A stretch of 39,347 nucleotides of DNA from a virus, in IMG/VR virus record IMGVR_UViG_3300006097_000020, positions 1 to 39,347 of that record, one strand, 5' to 3'. The notes below the pieces were generated by a model. The model did not search any database, had not been told where the DNA came from, and saw nothing but the letters and a program-made list of their open reading frames with translations. The translations under genes were made by a program, and so were the position numbers. Of this stretch, positions 1 to 7,998 are shown one piece after another; within the stretch, counting starts at the first letter, position 1; each line of letters begins with the position of its first letter.

Positions 1-55
1 TTTGAAAAATTGCGCCCGTATTGTCGACCGCATGCTCGTCGTCCAGTTGGACAAA
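1..55. repeat. Terminal direct repeat, copy 1 (identical to 39293..39347)
   Basis: tttgaaaaattgcgcccgtattgtcgaccgcatgctcgtcgtccagttggacaaa occurs at both ends of the window, 55/55 identical by direct reading. Confidence 0.95.
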
Positions 56-151
56 GAACAATGCGTTGGGCTGGGAAAAGTTTGTTCTGTTTACTTTTAA
101 ATAAGCCTTTTCCCGCAATTGAGTTCCTGTAATTTCATAAATGCGTTTCAT
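1..151 (-). CDS. Hypothetical acidic protein, N-terminal segment of an ORF that crosses the window junction
   Basis: ATG at 151..149 reads MKRIYEITGTQLREKAYLKVNRTNFSQPNALFFVQLDDEHAVDNTGAIFQ down to position 1 with no stop. The frame continues through the 55-nt overlap into 39292..39108 (IVDKYSAEDV...AEDYL, TAA at 39110..39108). This gives 111 aa in the circularised molecule. It is absent from the ORF track because it is split. Confidence 0.7.
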   Translation of the reverse strand, partial: MKRIYEITGTQLREKAYLKVNRTNFSQPNALFFVQLDDEHAVDNTGAIFQ

Positions 152-223
152 AGTTGTTTTTGTTTTTGATGTTGAAATTATTGATAAGTGTAATAACCGG
201 ATTGTGCGCCCAGGGTAAATAAA

Positions 224-598
224 TTATTCATAACTAACATTCCAGTCAGAGTCAATAATTATTTGTTCTTGACTCCCTGTTTCGTGCTCTGATTCATCAT
301 AATCTGAAACATCAGTATATTTTTGCCAAAATTTATTGGCGGCTTCCGTTCTAAGAATAGAACGAAATTCTGATACCCCTGCCATATCTTCCATGTTGTC
401 AATCACAAAGTCGACAACATCTTTATATAAGCCAATTCCTCTAAACCCTTCGTCTAATTCAACTGACTCTGGGTAAATATAATCATCAGCAATTTGAAAT
501 GTAGCAGAACCAATCTCTTCGTCATTGTATCGAAGAGAAATAACTGACAAGTCATCTTCGCTTATTAGTTCAATTTCTTTTTTTATTTTCGTTTTCAT
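224..598 (-). CDS. Small GNAT-like acetyltransferase (tentative)
   Basis: 124-aa ORF. EGFRGIGLYKDVVDFVIDN resembles the GNAT acetyl-CoA loop (R/Q-x-x-G-x-G/A), followed by a helix and EAANKFWQKY, similar to the C-terminal GNAT motif. Motif-level only. Confidence 0.35.
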   Translation of the reverse strand: MKTKIKKEIELISEDDLSVISLRYNDEEIGSATFQIADDYIYPESVELDEGFRGIGLYKDVVDFVIDNMEDMAGVSEFRSILRTEAANKFWQKYTDVSDYDESEHETGSQEQIIIDSDWNVSYE

Positions 599-708
599 CT
601 CAGTGATTTTTTATTGTATTTCTTAATAACAAATATACTTCATTATACGATACGATGCAAACATTTTGAGTTAAATAATGTTAAAACAAGGAGATTTTTT
701 GCAGATAA

Positions 709-1293
709 TTACCAGAGACGGAAACTACCAGAAACGCCGAAGGCTTTCTGATCCCCTACCTGGATTAATTGAAGTCCTAAAGAGTATTTATTAGAAGGCA
801 TGTAAGAAAGGCCTATGGTTCCGGCGAATTGATCCCCGAACCCTATTGAGGAAGTTAGATAGAACCCTCTATTGAAAATTTCTTTTTCGATGTATTCAGG
901 AACCACGACCGGCCGAAATTTCGTGATTTCTTTTTCTTTGAAGTGGATGACAGGGGTATATTTCCAATCAATTTGATATAGCTCTTTGGCTCTTATATCT
1001 GCCCAAATGCGGATGGAGTCATTGACAATACTATCTCTATAAGTTGAGTAGTTATCTATTTCAGGCAAATCATCGAATTGACTTGAAAATGTAATAGTAT
1101 TAGTAGACACAATAATTGTGTCTTTAAAGACGGTATCAGGCGGCATTGCTTTTACCGCCTTGATACTGTCTAAAATAGCTTCATATTTTGATTTTTCTTT
1201 CTTCAATGACGCATTTTGCCTATTGAGGTATAAAATCAAAAAAATGACGGCAAAAACAACTAAAATCAATATTGTATTGCCAAGTTTTTTCAT
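709..1293 (-). CDS. Membrane-anchored protein with beta-rich C-terminus ending in FRLW (lysis-cassette accessory, possibly spanin-like or outer-membrane protein)
   Basis: 194 aa. N-terminal hydrophobic helix LGNTILILVVFAVIFLILYL. C-terminal alternating hydrophobic pattern ending in an aromatic residue, as in OMP beta-signals. Start overlaps the upstream stop (ATGA at 1290..1293). Confidence 0.4.
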   Translation of the reverse strand: MKKLGNTILILVVFAVIFLILYLNRQNASLKKEKSKYEAILDSIKAVKAMPPDTVFKDTIIVSTNTITFSSQFDDLPEIDNYSTYRDSIVNDSIRIWADIRAKELYQIDWKYTPVIHFKEKEITKFRPVVVPEYIEKEIFNRGFYLTSSIGFGDQFAGTIGLSYMPSNKYSLGLQLIQVGDQKAFGVSGSFRLW

Positions 1294-1529
1294 TTGATTT
1301 TGTCTTTTAAAGACGAAAAATCCTTCAATGCTTTCGGGAAATATGCCCCGAACAGGAACACTACAATTAACGTTATCGCGTTAATCGTAATCTGGTTTCC
1401 TTCCGTTACGAAGTACTGATACGAAAAGAACATGACAAAAAGTGTCATTAAAATCATCTGAACACGTGTAATGCTGAATTCAACCAGTCCAGCTTCTTTG
1501 TTCCAAGTTTCAAAAAAACCTATTTTCAT
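1290..1529 (-). CDS. Holin-like small membrane protein
   Basis: 79 aa with two predicted TM helices (MILMTLFVMFFSYQYF, ITLIVVFLFGAYF) and a charged C-terminus. Sits immediately downstream of the endolysin. Confidence 0.5.
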   Translation of the reverse strand: MKIGFFETWNKEAGLVEFSITRVQMILMTLFVMFFSYQYFVTEGNQITINAITLIVVFLFGAYFPKALKDFSSLKDKIK

Positions 1530-1540
1530 AGCTTTGATTT

Positions 1541-1996
1541 TTAAAATTCATAAATAATTCCGTCGTTTGGATGTTCAAAAAAATCGATATGCACCCAGGT
1601 TGGCGCCAAAATATTGCTTTCAATCCTGCATTTTCTTATGTAACAAGGATTGTCATTAAAGAATTCGTGAATATTGTCTTTAAGATATTCGCGTACGTCA
1701 TTAGGATGAACGTTCTTTACATTGAAATCGACCCCTGCGCCTAACATGTGCGCAGAAGCGTACAGTATATTTTTATTTTTTACTAAAGGACACAAATTAC
1801 ACCGGTATCCGCGTTGTGTCTTGTCGCCACCCCAATACCAGTTATTTATATAAACAGGCCGATCTATTCTTTCCCGAAACCAATCAATGAAGTCAATCAA
1901 TTCAGGTCGGAAATACCGCCATGCGAGTTCTTTGTCTCGTTTATAAATATCAGGACAAACGAGCTCGTGTATCTTAAAATTTCTTGCCCTTTTCAT
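1541..1996 (-). CDS. Endolysin, zinc peptidase M15 (VanY / D-Ala-D-Ala carboxypeptidase-like) family
   Basis: 151 aa. SAHMLGAGVDF (S-x-H...G...D zinc motif) and a C-terminal WVHIDF histidine match the M15 peptidoglycan peptidase signature. Flanked by small membrane proteins. Confidence 0.75.
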   Translation of the reverse strand: MKRARNFKIHELVCPDIYKRDKELAWRYFRPELIDFIDWFRERIDRPVYINNWYWGGDKTQRGYRCNLCPLVKNKNILYASAHMLGAGVDFNVKNVHPNDVREYLKDNIHEFFNDNPCYIRKCRIESNILAPTWVHIDFFEHPNDGIIYEF

Positions 1997-2253
1997 TTGT
2001 CAAATCGTTCGTTGATTCTGTCTTCAAGTCGTTCTGTTCGCTTATCTATCCGCTTAAGAAGAATGAACATTGATTCATTCTGAATTTCCTGTTCTCTCCT
2101 TACTGATTCGATTTCCTTGTCAACATAATCTTTAGAGGCAAGATTACCGAATAACTCTAAATTAAACGACGTAAAAATCGCTATTATAGAAATAATCAGG
2201 GTGATTATCCAATCGAGCCATTTCTTATTGATATATTCTTTTGTTAGAGGCAT
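1993..2253 (-). CDS. Membrane-anchored coiled-coil protein (lysis cassette)
   Basis: 86 aa. TM helix WIITLIISIIAIFTSF followed by a charged helical tail. Overlaps the endolysin start by 4 nt. Confidence 0.45.
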   Translation of the reverse strand: MPLTKEYINKKWLDWIITLIISIIAIFTSFNLELFGNLASKDYVDKEIESVRREQEIQNESMFILLKRIDKRTERLEDRINERFDK

Positions 2254-2569
2254 ATAAATAAAATGATAATGCTATTAGCCAGTAATTTACAATTAAAATA
2301 TCTGTATAAAATTCATTTATTTCAAAGTTAAGATAAAACATCAAATTTATCCAGCACAATAATGCCTTAAATGCTATAACAATATAAGAAAAAATCTTCA
2401 ATCTTGCTTCTTTTATGATATTTGAGAGAATTATCAAAAGGCTGATAACAAGAAAATTCTCATTCAGATATAAAATGGTGCTCCAGGTTCTGGAATATTC
2501 TCCCCAGAATACCCAAATCAGGTAAATTATCAGATAAAGCGTAAATGTGAATGATAATTTTTGTCTCAT
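2225..2569 (-). CDS. Polytopic membrane protein (3-4 TM), function unknown
   Basis: 114 aa, almost entirely hydrophobic helices, very AT-rich. Overlaps its neighbours in operon fashion. Confidence 0.5.
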   Translation of the reverse strand: MRQKLSFTFTLYLIIYLIWVFWGEYSRTWSTILYLNENFLVISLLIILSNIIKEARLKIFSYIVIAFKALLCWINLMFYLNFEINEFYTDILIVNYWLIALSFYLYASNKRIYQ

Positions 2570-3411
2570 TTTAGGTTGTATTGGTAAATTTTTGCGCTGT
2601 CAGCTCCAATTTCATATAGTTTCGTCCCGTCCGGTTTAAAAAATAAATCTGATGGAGAAATATCCTGTGTTGAAATATTTAGATTATCATAAGTTGCTGT
2701 TGATAAGTCCCAAACTGTCGATAATGTAGATTGATAAATTAAATCAAAGGTTGGCCCAATTTCGTATAGCTTTGTTCCGTCCGGTTTGAAAAATAAACCA
2801 AGTCCAGAAATATTGTTAGTTGTAATGCTAATACTATCATAATTCATTGTATATAAATCCCATGCCTGACTTAAAGAATATTGGTATATAGTTGCCGGTT
2901 CGCCTACTAAATATAATTTACTTCCATCATATTTAAAGAAAAATTCTAATGGATTAGAATTTTGTGCATCTACATTTAGATTATTATAAATTGCTGTCGA
3001 CAAATCCCATGCTGTCGATAAAGAATATTGATAAATTTTAGTAGAATTATTCCCCAATTCATATAATTTCGTGCCATCTGGCTTGAAAAATAAACCTAAT
3101 GGCGCTGTATCTTGCGTTACAATGCTAATACTATCATAAGTAGCAGTAGATAAATCCCACGCCGTTGATAAGGTGTATTGATAGATTGAATCACCATCGC
3201 TTCCGATTTCATACAGTTTCATGCCGTCCGGCTTAAAAAATAAACCTTGCGGAGCTGCATCTTGCGTCCCAATACTCACCCCCGAATATTCATAACACGT
3301 AATATCCCACGCTTCACACACTCTCCCGGCGTGCGACCAGAAAAAATTCCCCTGTCCGAACGAAGACAGGCTAATTAAAATAATCCCTGATAAAAATTTT
3401 AGTCTATTCAT
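2566..3411 (-). CDS. Signal-peptide protein built of five ~50-aa tandem repeats (beta-propeller/lectin-like)
   Basis: 281 aa. N-terminus MNRLKFLSGIILISLSSFGQ. Five repeats of Y-Q-Y-x-L-S-T-A-W-D-L-S-T-A-x-Y...G-L-F-F-K-P-D-G-T-K-L-Y-E-x-G. DNA copies of ccgtccggtttRaaaaataaa lie at 2627, 2777, 3074 and 3224, with a divergent copy near 2924 (150-nt period). Confidence 0.6.
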   Translation of the reverse strand: MNRLKFLSGIILISLSSFGQGNFFWSHAGRVCEAWDITCYEYSGVSIGTQDAAPQGLFFKPDGMKLYEIGSDGDSIYQYTLSTAWDLSTATYDSISIVTQDTAPLGLFFKPDGTKLYELGNNSTKIYQYSLSTAWDLSTAIYNNLNVDAQNSNPLEFFFKYDGSKLYLVGEPATIYQYSLSQAWDLYTMNYDSISITTNNISGLGLFFKPDGTKLYEIGPTFDLIYQSTLSTVWDLSTATYDNLNISTQDISPSDLFFKPDGTKLYEIGADSAKIYQYNLK

Positions 3412-4594
3412 AGCTTAAAGTTCCGTTTATAAATACTTGTGTTCCGTCATAATACCATGATAATACGTCTTTCTCCGATGCTCCGCTCATTGTTATGGTG
3501 TCCCCCGAAGCATTAAGTGCCGGGGAAATGTAAAAGGTGTATCCTGAGAACGTAATTGTGTACGCCGTACTTGCATTTGTTACAGTCAAGTTACCTGTTG
3601 TCCCGGCAACTAAATTACTCATCGTTATTGTTGTATTGCCTGAAAGGGTAATTTTAGCATGGTGCCCTGATGAGGCATTCCATGTTACTGTTGTCCCTGA
3701 TAATGATTGTACTGTTGTATTGATATTATCAGCTGTTACTTCACCAGAGGCGAGGATGTTGCCGTTAACGTCTAATTTTTCAGTAGGCATAGCTATACCT
3801 ATTCCAACTCTCCCCCCAGAAGTTAGCTTCATTACATTGACTAAATTTCCAGCATTCTGAGTTCTAAGTTGTAAATCAATATTCGATGTTCCAGAATTAT
3901 CCCGGGCTTGCAGATAAGCTGTTCCTGAATTTCCTTCTCCTTCAAAGGCGTATAAAAAAACATGCCCTCTAGCCGTGAAATCATTTGTAAATTTAAGTTT
4001 CCCTGTAGCAATATCATCCACATCAGAACGAAGAAACTGACCTGAGTCTAATCCATCTAATAAGTTTGCATCTGCTGCTTTAGCATTAATTCCAAGATAA
4101 TTCGTTCCTACCCATGTTTCAGTAGCATAACCCTGAAGAGAGTGATCTCCCCACAAATAAGCTGTCTGTCCATTCAAAATCCTGCTATCATTTCCTTCTG
4201 CTACAGTGCCTGCTGTCGTGCCAAAATTCTTATTAAACGCTGTATTTTTTACAAATTTCTGTTCAAACTGACCTGTTGACCAATATCGAGTTGCTATTGT
4301 TGAAATAGTATCATTCCACTCAAGCGCCCATGGGTGATCGGCGGAGTCGTCGAGGCCGGTCAAACTCCCGTGGTCAATAGCTCCAACCGACGATTGAAGT
4401 AACTTGTCAACGAAAACACTGTCTGTCGAATGCACAAAAATAGTATCTCCCGGCATGGAAAGCGAAAGAGTATCCGCCACGTCTAATGAAATAAAATGCC
4501 GTGTGCCGTAAAAATCCGGCCCTTCAGATGGCGGAATTTGAGCGCCGGCAAATACGCTATTTAGAACCAGTAAAAATAAAATTAATCGTTTCAT
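3404..4594 (-). CDS. Tail fibre-like protein with an N-terminal signal-peptide-like segment
   Basis: 396 aa. ADANLLDGLDSGQFLRSD is the motif that recurs in phage tail fibres. Gly/Thr/Ser-rich beta-type C-terminus. Located downstream of the large tail protein. N-terminus MKRLILFLLVLNSVFAGAQ. Confidence 0.6.
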   Translation of the reverse strand: MKRLILFLLVLNSVFAGAQIPPSEGPDFYGTRHFISLDVADTLSLSMPGDTIFVHSTDSVFVDKLLQSSVGAIDHGSLTGLDDSADHPWALEWNDTISTIATRYWSTGQFEQKFVKNTAFNKNFGTTAGTVAEGNDSRILNGQTAYLWGDHSLQGYATETWVGTNYLGINAKAADANLLDGLDSGQFLRSDVDDIATGKLKFTNDFTARGHVFLYAFEGEGNSGTAYLQARDNSGTSNIDLQLRTQNAGNLVNVMKLTSGGRVGIGIAMPTEKLDVNGNILASGEVTADNINTTVQSLSGTTVTWNASSGHHAKITLSGNTTITMSNLVAGTTGNLTVTNASTAYTITFSGYTFYISPALNASGDTITMSGASEKDVLSWYYDGTQVFINGTLSYE

Positions 4595-7500
4595 AATATT
4601 CGATATTTAAAAGTGTCTGTTAATTGAAATGGTACTGAAAGTGTAATAATAATATGGTCAGTGCTCTGCTCTGTGTCAAACGTAAAGTTAGCAGGATTAA
4701 GTTGTTTCCCGGCCTTCAAAAGAACAACGTAAGTCGGTTCGTATCCTAAGTTGTGATAAATTGTTATCTGCCTGTTTGTAATTGAGCTGCCTGAGAATGT
4801 TCCTACCTTGCCAAGAATTAAAGCATTCACCTGGTCTTGCGTTAAGTAATTACTAAGGTCAACCGGCATAGCTTCTTCACTTCCCGAAATTGTTGTATAA
4901 CTATTCTTACCAGAAGAGCTTTCAGCGAATGATTTCTCTTCATCAATAACTGTAAGTCCTGATGTATCCAGGTTTATCTGCTCCCACTCCCCTGAAACAA
5001 GGCACCTCTTTATATTCCACTGCCCCCCCGTCAGAGTGAATAGCTTATCATCTATCGTCTTCACTCTGATAATATCACGAAGCTCAAGCGTCCCGTAAAT
5101 ATCAGCCGATAGGATAATTGGCGGCCCCATCCTGTCGGCAGTAACCCCTGCCGGAGTTTTCGCATATTCACTTAAGTAAAAATGTCTCACATGGTCAAGT
5201 AATCGCTTTGGATTAACTGGCGAAGAGGGGTTTGTATCCCATAATCCTGTTAAGTGATTGTTGCCTTCTCCATCTATCCAGTATAGAGCATTCTTATATA
5301 GCTGCTTAGCGTTAATGAGTTGAGGAACATCTCCAATATTTATGTCTTGATCATAAACTTGATAAGTAAGTTCATTTACATTTTGTTGATGATAAGAGTA
5401 ATTTCTAACGCCTGTTTTTGCATAAGCGTTTATTTTTATTTCGACTGATTTTAAATAAACTCTAACTCCATCAGGCTGATAAATTCTTATCTCTGCTTTT
5501 GCTTCCTGAGCACTGAAAGTTTCTGGGTAATCAAATTTTAAAGAGAATGTCTGATCCCCTGATGTTTCTGAACAATCAATTAGCATGTCTGTTTCTATTG
5601 TTTCCCAGGTAAAGCCAAACTCTTCTGACTCATTCAGCCACAGGGAAGTTGTCCCATCGCTTATCACTAATTGAATATTGAAATTAGCTGCAACATTAGG
5701 ATCATTTTTTCCCCCTAAATATCTTATTAATAATTCAAATTGATTGTCACGCGTATCTCCTTGAATTATATTACCTATTTGAAATTTTTGTCCTAAATAG
5801 AACTTATCTGCCTGTCCGTAATCGCTTGATAAAACAAGATAATCACCAGATTTATATACTTTTGAAAGAAATGAAGACTGAATAACACCGTTAAACAACA
5901 ACTGCCACGGGTATAAGTGATTAGGGGTTTCTTCATTTAAAAATTCATCAACATTTGAAAAAGCCGGGAATTTTAACAGTTGATCAACAAACCCAAAAGA
6001 TTGTTTCAACTGAATACCTCTGTATACATCAGCATATTCAATTTCTGTATTATTGTTAAGTAATATGTTTGAATAAGATTTACCCCCTACATCATATATG
6101 TTAAATGTCTTATTCGCTGTTCCCTTTTTAGCTCCATATGCCGAATAAGTTCTGTAGGAAAATGTATCTAATAATTTATCTTTTGGCCGAAGTTCCCAGT
6201 GCCCGTTTTTTTGAAGCAATTCAGCTTTTAGAATAGTCATTATCTCCTCAAGTACATCATAACAGGACCTGTCGTTAAGTCTTGCGGTTTCCTGATACGC
6301 CTGTTCAAGCGGGGACGAGTTTGTATTCATGTTTAATTCATACAAATCAAATGCTTCATATATATCAAAATTAAGACCGGTTTTTGCAAGTGAAAAGACA
6401 ACAATTTCAAGCAAATTTTTTAATTCAAAAGCCCTGGCTCCTCTCATATCGAAAGGGATGTTCTTTAAATCTCCAAGTCCATCAATCGCAGTCATGCTAA
6501 TGTTAACATATCCTGATGTTCTATGTTCTTTGTAAATCCCCGGGATTATCCATCCTACCCATTTATTTATGCTGCCACCAGACTGTGAAAATGAAACAAA
6601 ATCAATCGGTGAAACAGAAGAATTACCGCTTGTTGCTATTCTATACGTCCATGTTGATGCGTCTTCTGACGTTTCAAGATGTATCATTGAATTATCAACA
6701 ATATCAATGTAAACGTTAAATATTGATGTGTTATCTTGAACAGAATTAACAAGTCGTTCTATTATTGATTGTATAGTATCTCCTTCATAAGCTGTTGTGC
6801 TTCCTATTATTTTGAAATTTCCGTCATTTAATTGTATCCAAAAATAGTCTCCCCCGGAATCTCCGCCAGTAAAATTTTCTTTTGTCCACGAGTATGTGCC
6901 GCCATTTATTTGCCTTATCTCAATAAAAGTGTCATTCGGACGACCTGACGTATACTCTGATTCATTTCTGATAGGGATATTTCCTATCTCTCCAAGTCCG
7001 TCGAGCGTAATTGTGAAATTTGCAAGATTGTAAGGAAGATTTTGCGATGCTTGAAAATTAACATTTGAATAATCATCAGATACCGGGAAATATATGTTAG
7101 TCAGCGTACCGTAGTCATTAATTTGTTGAACAATATCATTTGCTATATCTACAAAATTTTCGCCTGTATCAAAATAATGTCTTGCGAGTGTATAAGCATA
7201 CGGCGTTCCTGATGCAAGCTCGTTGGCTGCAATGAAATTTATCTCCATCCATTGTCTCGAAGTCGTGGCAGAAAAGTAAAAATATTTATAGAGATAATCT
7301 GAAGTATAATCAATTTTTATTTGCCAGGATGTTTTTATACGAGGTTCATAATCTGTTTCTGTGTACTTTAATCGTCTGTCAAGATATTGAGGTGTTTCTT
7401 GTGTAAATTTAGGATTTTGAGCTATGATTTTATTAATAACATCGTCATATGAATCAGTTGATAATACAGTTACTTCAGCAAGTACAATTGCATCGTAAAC

Positions 7501-7998
7501 GTCATTAATGCTATACTCATCTTTTAAAGCAACAAGTCGCAAAGTTTGATCAGCACCACTAAAAAGCCCTAATGAAAATTCAACATAACAAAAAGAATCA
7601 TTAGCGACACTCCCAACACCAGTTATTTCAACGTCCGCAGTTGGATCAGTTGATACATTAAGAATATCAAGTGTATCAATTGATACACTCCCTTTGTAAA
7701 TACTATCTCCGACTGTCTTTTTGAGGATAGCCCGCCATTCCCTGTCTGTAATATTCCCAAAATCTTGCCGAAACATTTCCTTTATAGCAGGTGAAACAAG
7801 AAAGTTCATATCGAGTTTTGACCCTTTAATCGGTGTGAATTTGCCTTTGCCATTATTTGGGTCATTCATAATAACAGGGTCGCCGGTACCTATTAGCTTA
7901 TATGAAGTTCCGGAATATTCCTCTTTCGCGAGTTCAAGTTCCCACGATTGATTTTTGAAGTCTTTGAAAGGAAGATAATATTTCTTGTTATATGCCAT
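4591..7998 (-). CDS. Large distal tail / baseplate (Dit-Tal-like) host-recognition protein
   Basis: 1135 aa, the largest ORF, immediately downstream of the tape measure (ATG at 7998 overlaps the TMP stop). Assigned from position and size. No catalytic motif recognised. Confidence 0.5.
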   Translation of the reverse strand: MAYNKKYYLPFKDFKNQSWELELAKEEYSGTSYKLIGTGDPVIMNDPNNGKGKFTPIKGSKLDMNFLVSPAIKEMFRQDFGNITDREWRAILKKTVGDSIYKGSVSIDTLDILNVSTDPTADVEITGVGSVANDSFCYVEFSLGLFSGADQTLRLVALKDEYSINDVYDAIVLAEVTVLSTDSYDDVINKIIAQNPKFTQETPQYLDRRLKYTETDYEPRIKTSWQIKIDYTSDYLYKYFYFSATTSRQWMEINFIAANELASGTPYAYTLARHYFDTGENFVDIANDIVQQINDYGTLTNIYFPVSDDYSNVNFQASQNLPYNLANFTITLDGLGEIGNIPIRNESEYTSGRPNDTFIEIRQINGGTYSWTKENFTGGDSGGDYFWIQLNDGNFKIIGSTTAYEGDTIQSIIERLVNSVQDNTSIFNVYIDIVDNSMIHLETSEDASTWTYRIATSGNSSVSPIDFVSFSQSGGSINKWVGWIIPGIYKEHRTSGYVNISMTAIDGLGDLKNIPFDMRGARAFELKNLLEIVVFSLAKTGLNFDIYEAFDLYELNMNTNSSPLEQAYQETARLNDRSCYDVLEEIMTILKAELLQKNGHWELRPKDKLLDTFSYRTYSAYGAKKGTANKTFNIYDVGGKSYSNILLNNNTEIEYADVYRGIQLKQSFGFVDQLLKFPAFSNVDEFLNEETPNHLYPWQLLFNGVIQSSFLSKVYKSGDYLVLSSDYGQADKFYLGQKFQIGNIIQGDTRDNQFELLIRYLGGKNDPNVAANFNIQLVISDGTTSLWLNESEEFGFTWETIETDMLIDCSETSGDQTFSLKFDYPETFSAQEAKAEIRIYQPDGVRVYLKSVEIKINAYAKTGVRNYSYHQQNVNELTYQVYDQDINIGDVPQLINAKQLYKNALYWIDGEGNNHLTGLWDTNPSSPVNPKRLLDHVRHFYLSEYAKTPAGVTADRMGPPIILSADIYGTLELRDIIRVKTIDDKLFTLTGGQWNIKRCLVSGEWEQINLDTSGLTVIDEEKSFAESSSGKNSYTTISGSEEAMPVDLSNYLTQDQVNALILGKVGTFSGSSITNRQITIYHNLGYEPTYVVLLKAGKQLNPANFTFDTEQSTDHIIITLSVPFQLTDTFKYRIL

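Noticed and set aside
224-598. Linking the Com-like ORF (16004..16150) to the GNAT-like ORF as a com-mom type DNA modification pair.
   Set aside because: The two genes are about 15 kb apart in different modules, and the GNAT call itself rests on one weak motif. There is no sequence evidence for a Mom-like enzyme.
4736-4746. ggttcgtatcc, which resembles a tRNA T-loop. I also scanned the structured intergenic regions generally for tRNAs.
   Set aside because: The flanking bases cannot form the T-stem (GTCGG against CCTAA). The site is inside the 1135-aa gene. The intergenic hairpins lack cloverleaf geometry, a 7-nt anticodon loop and a GTTC T-loop.
3404-7998. A diversity-generating retroelement or hypervariable target in the tail fibre or large tail protein.
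   Set aside because: There is no reverse transcriptase gene and no template/variable repeat pair elsewhere in the genome.
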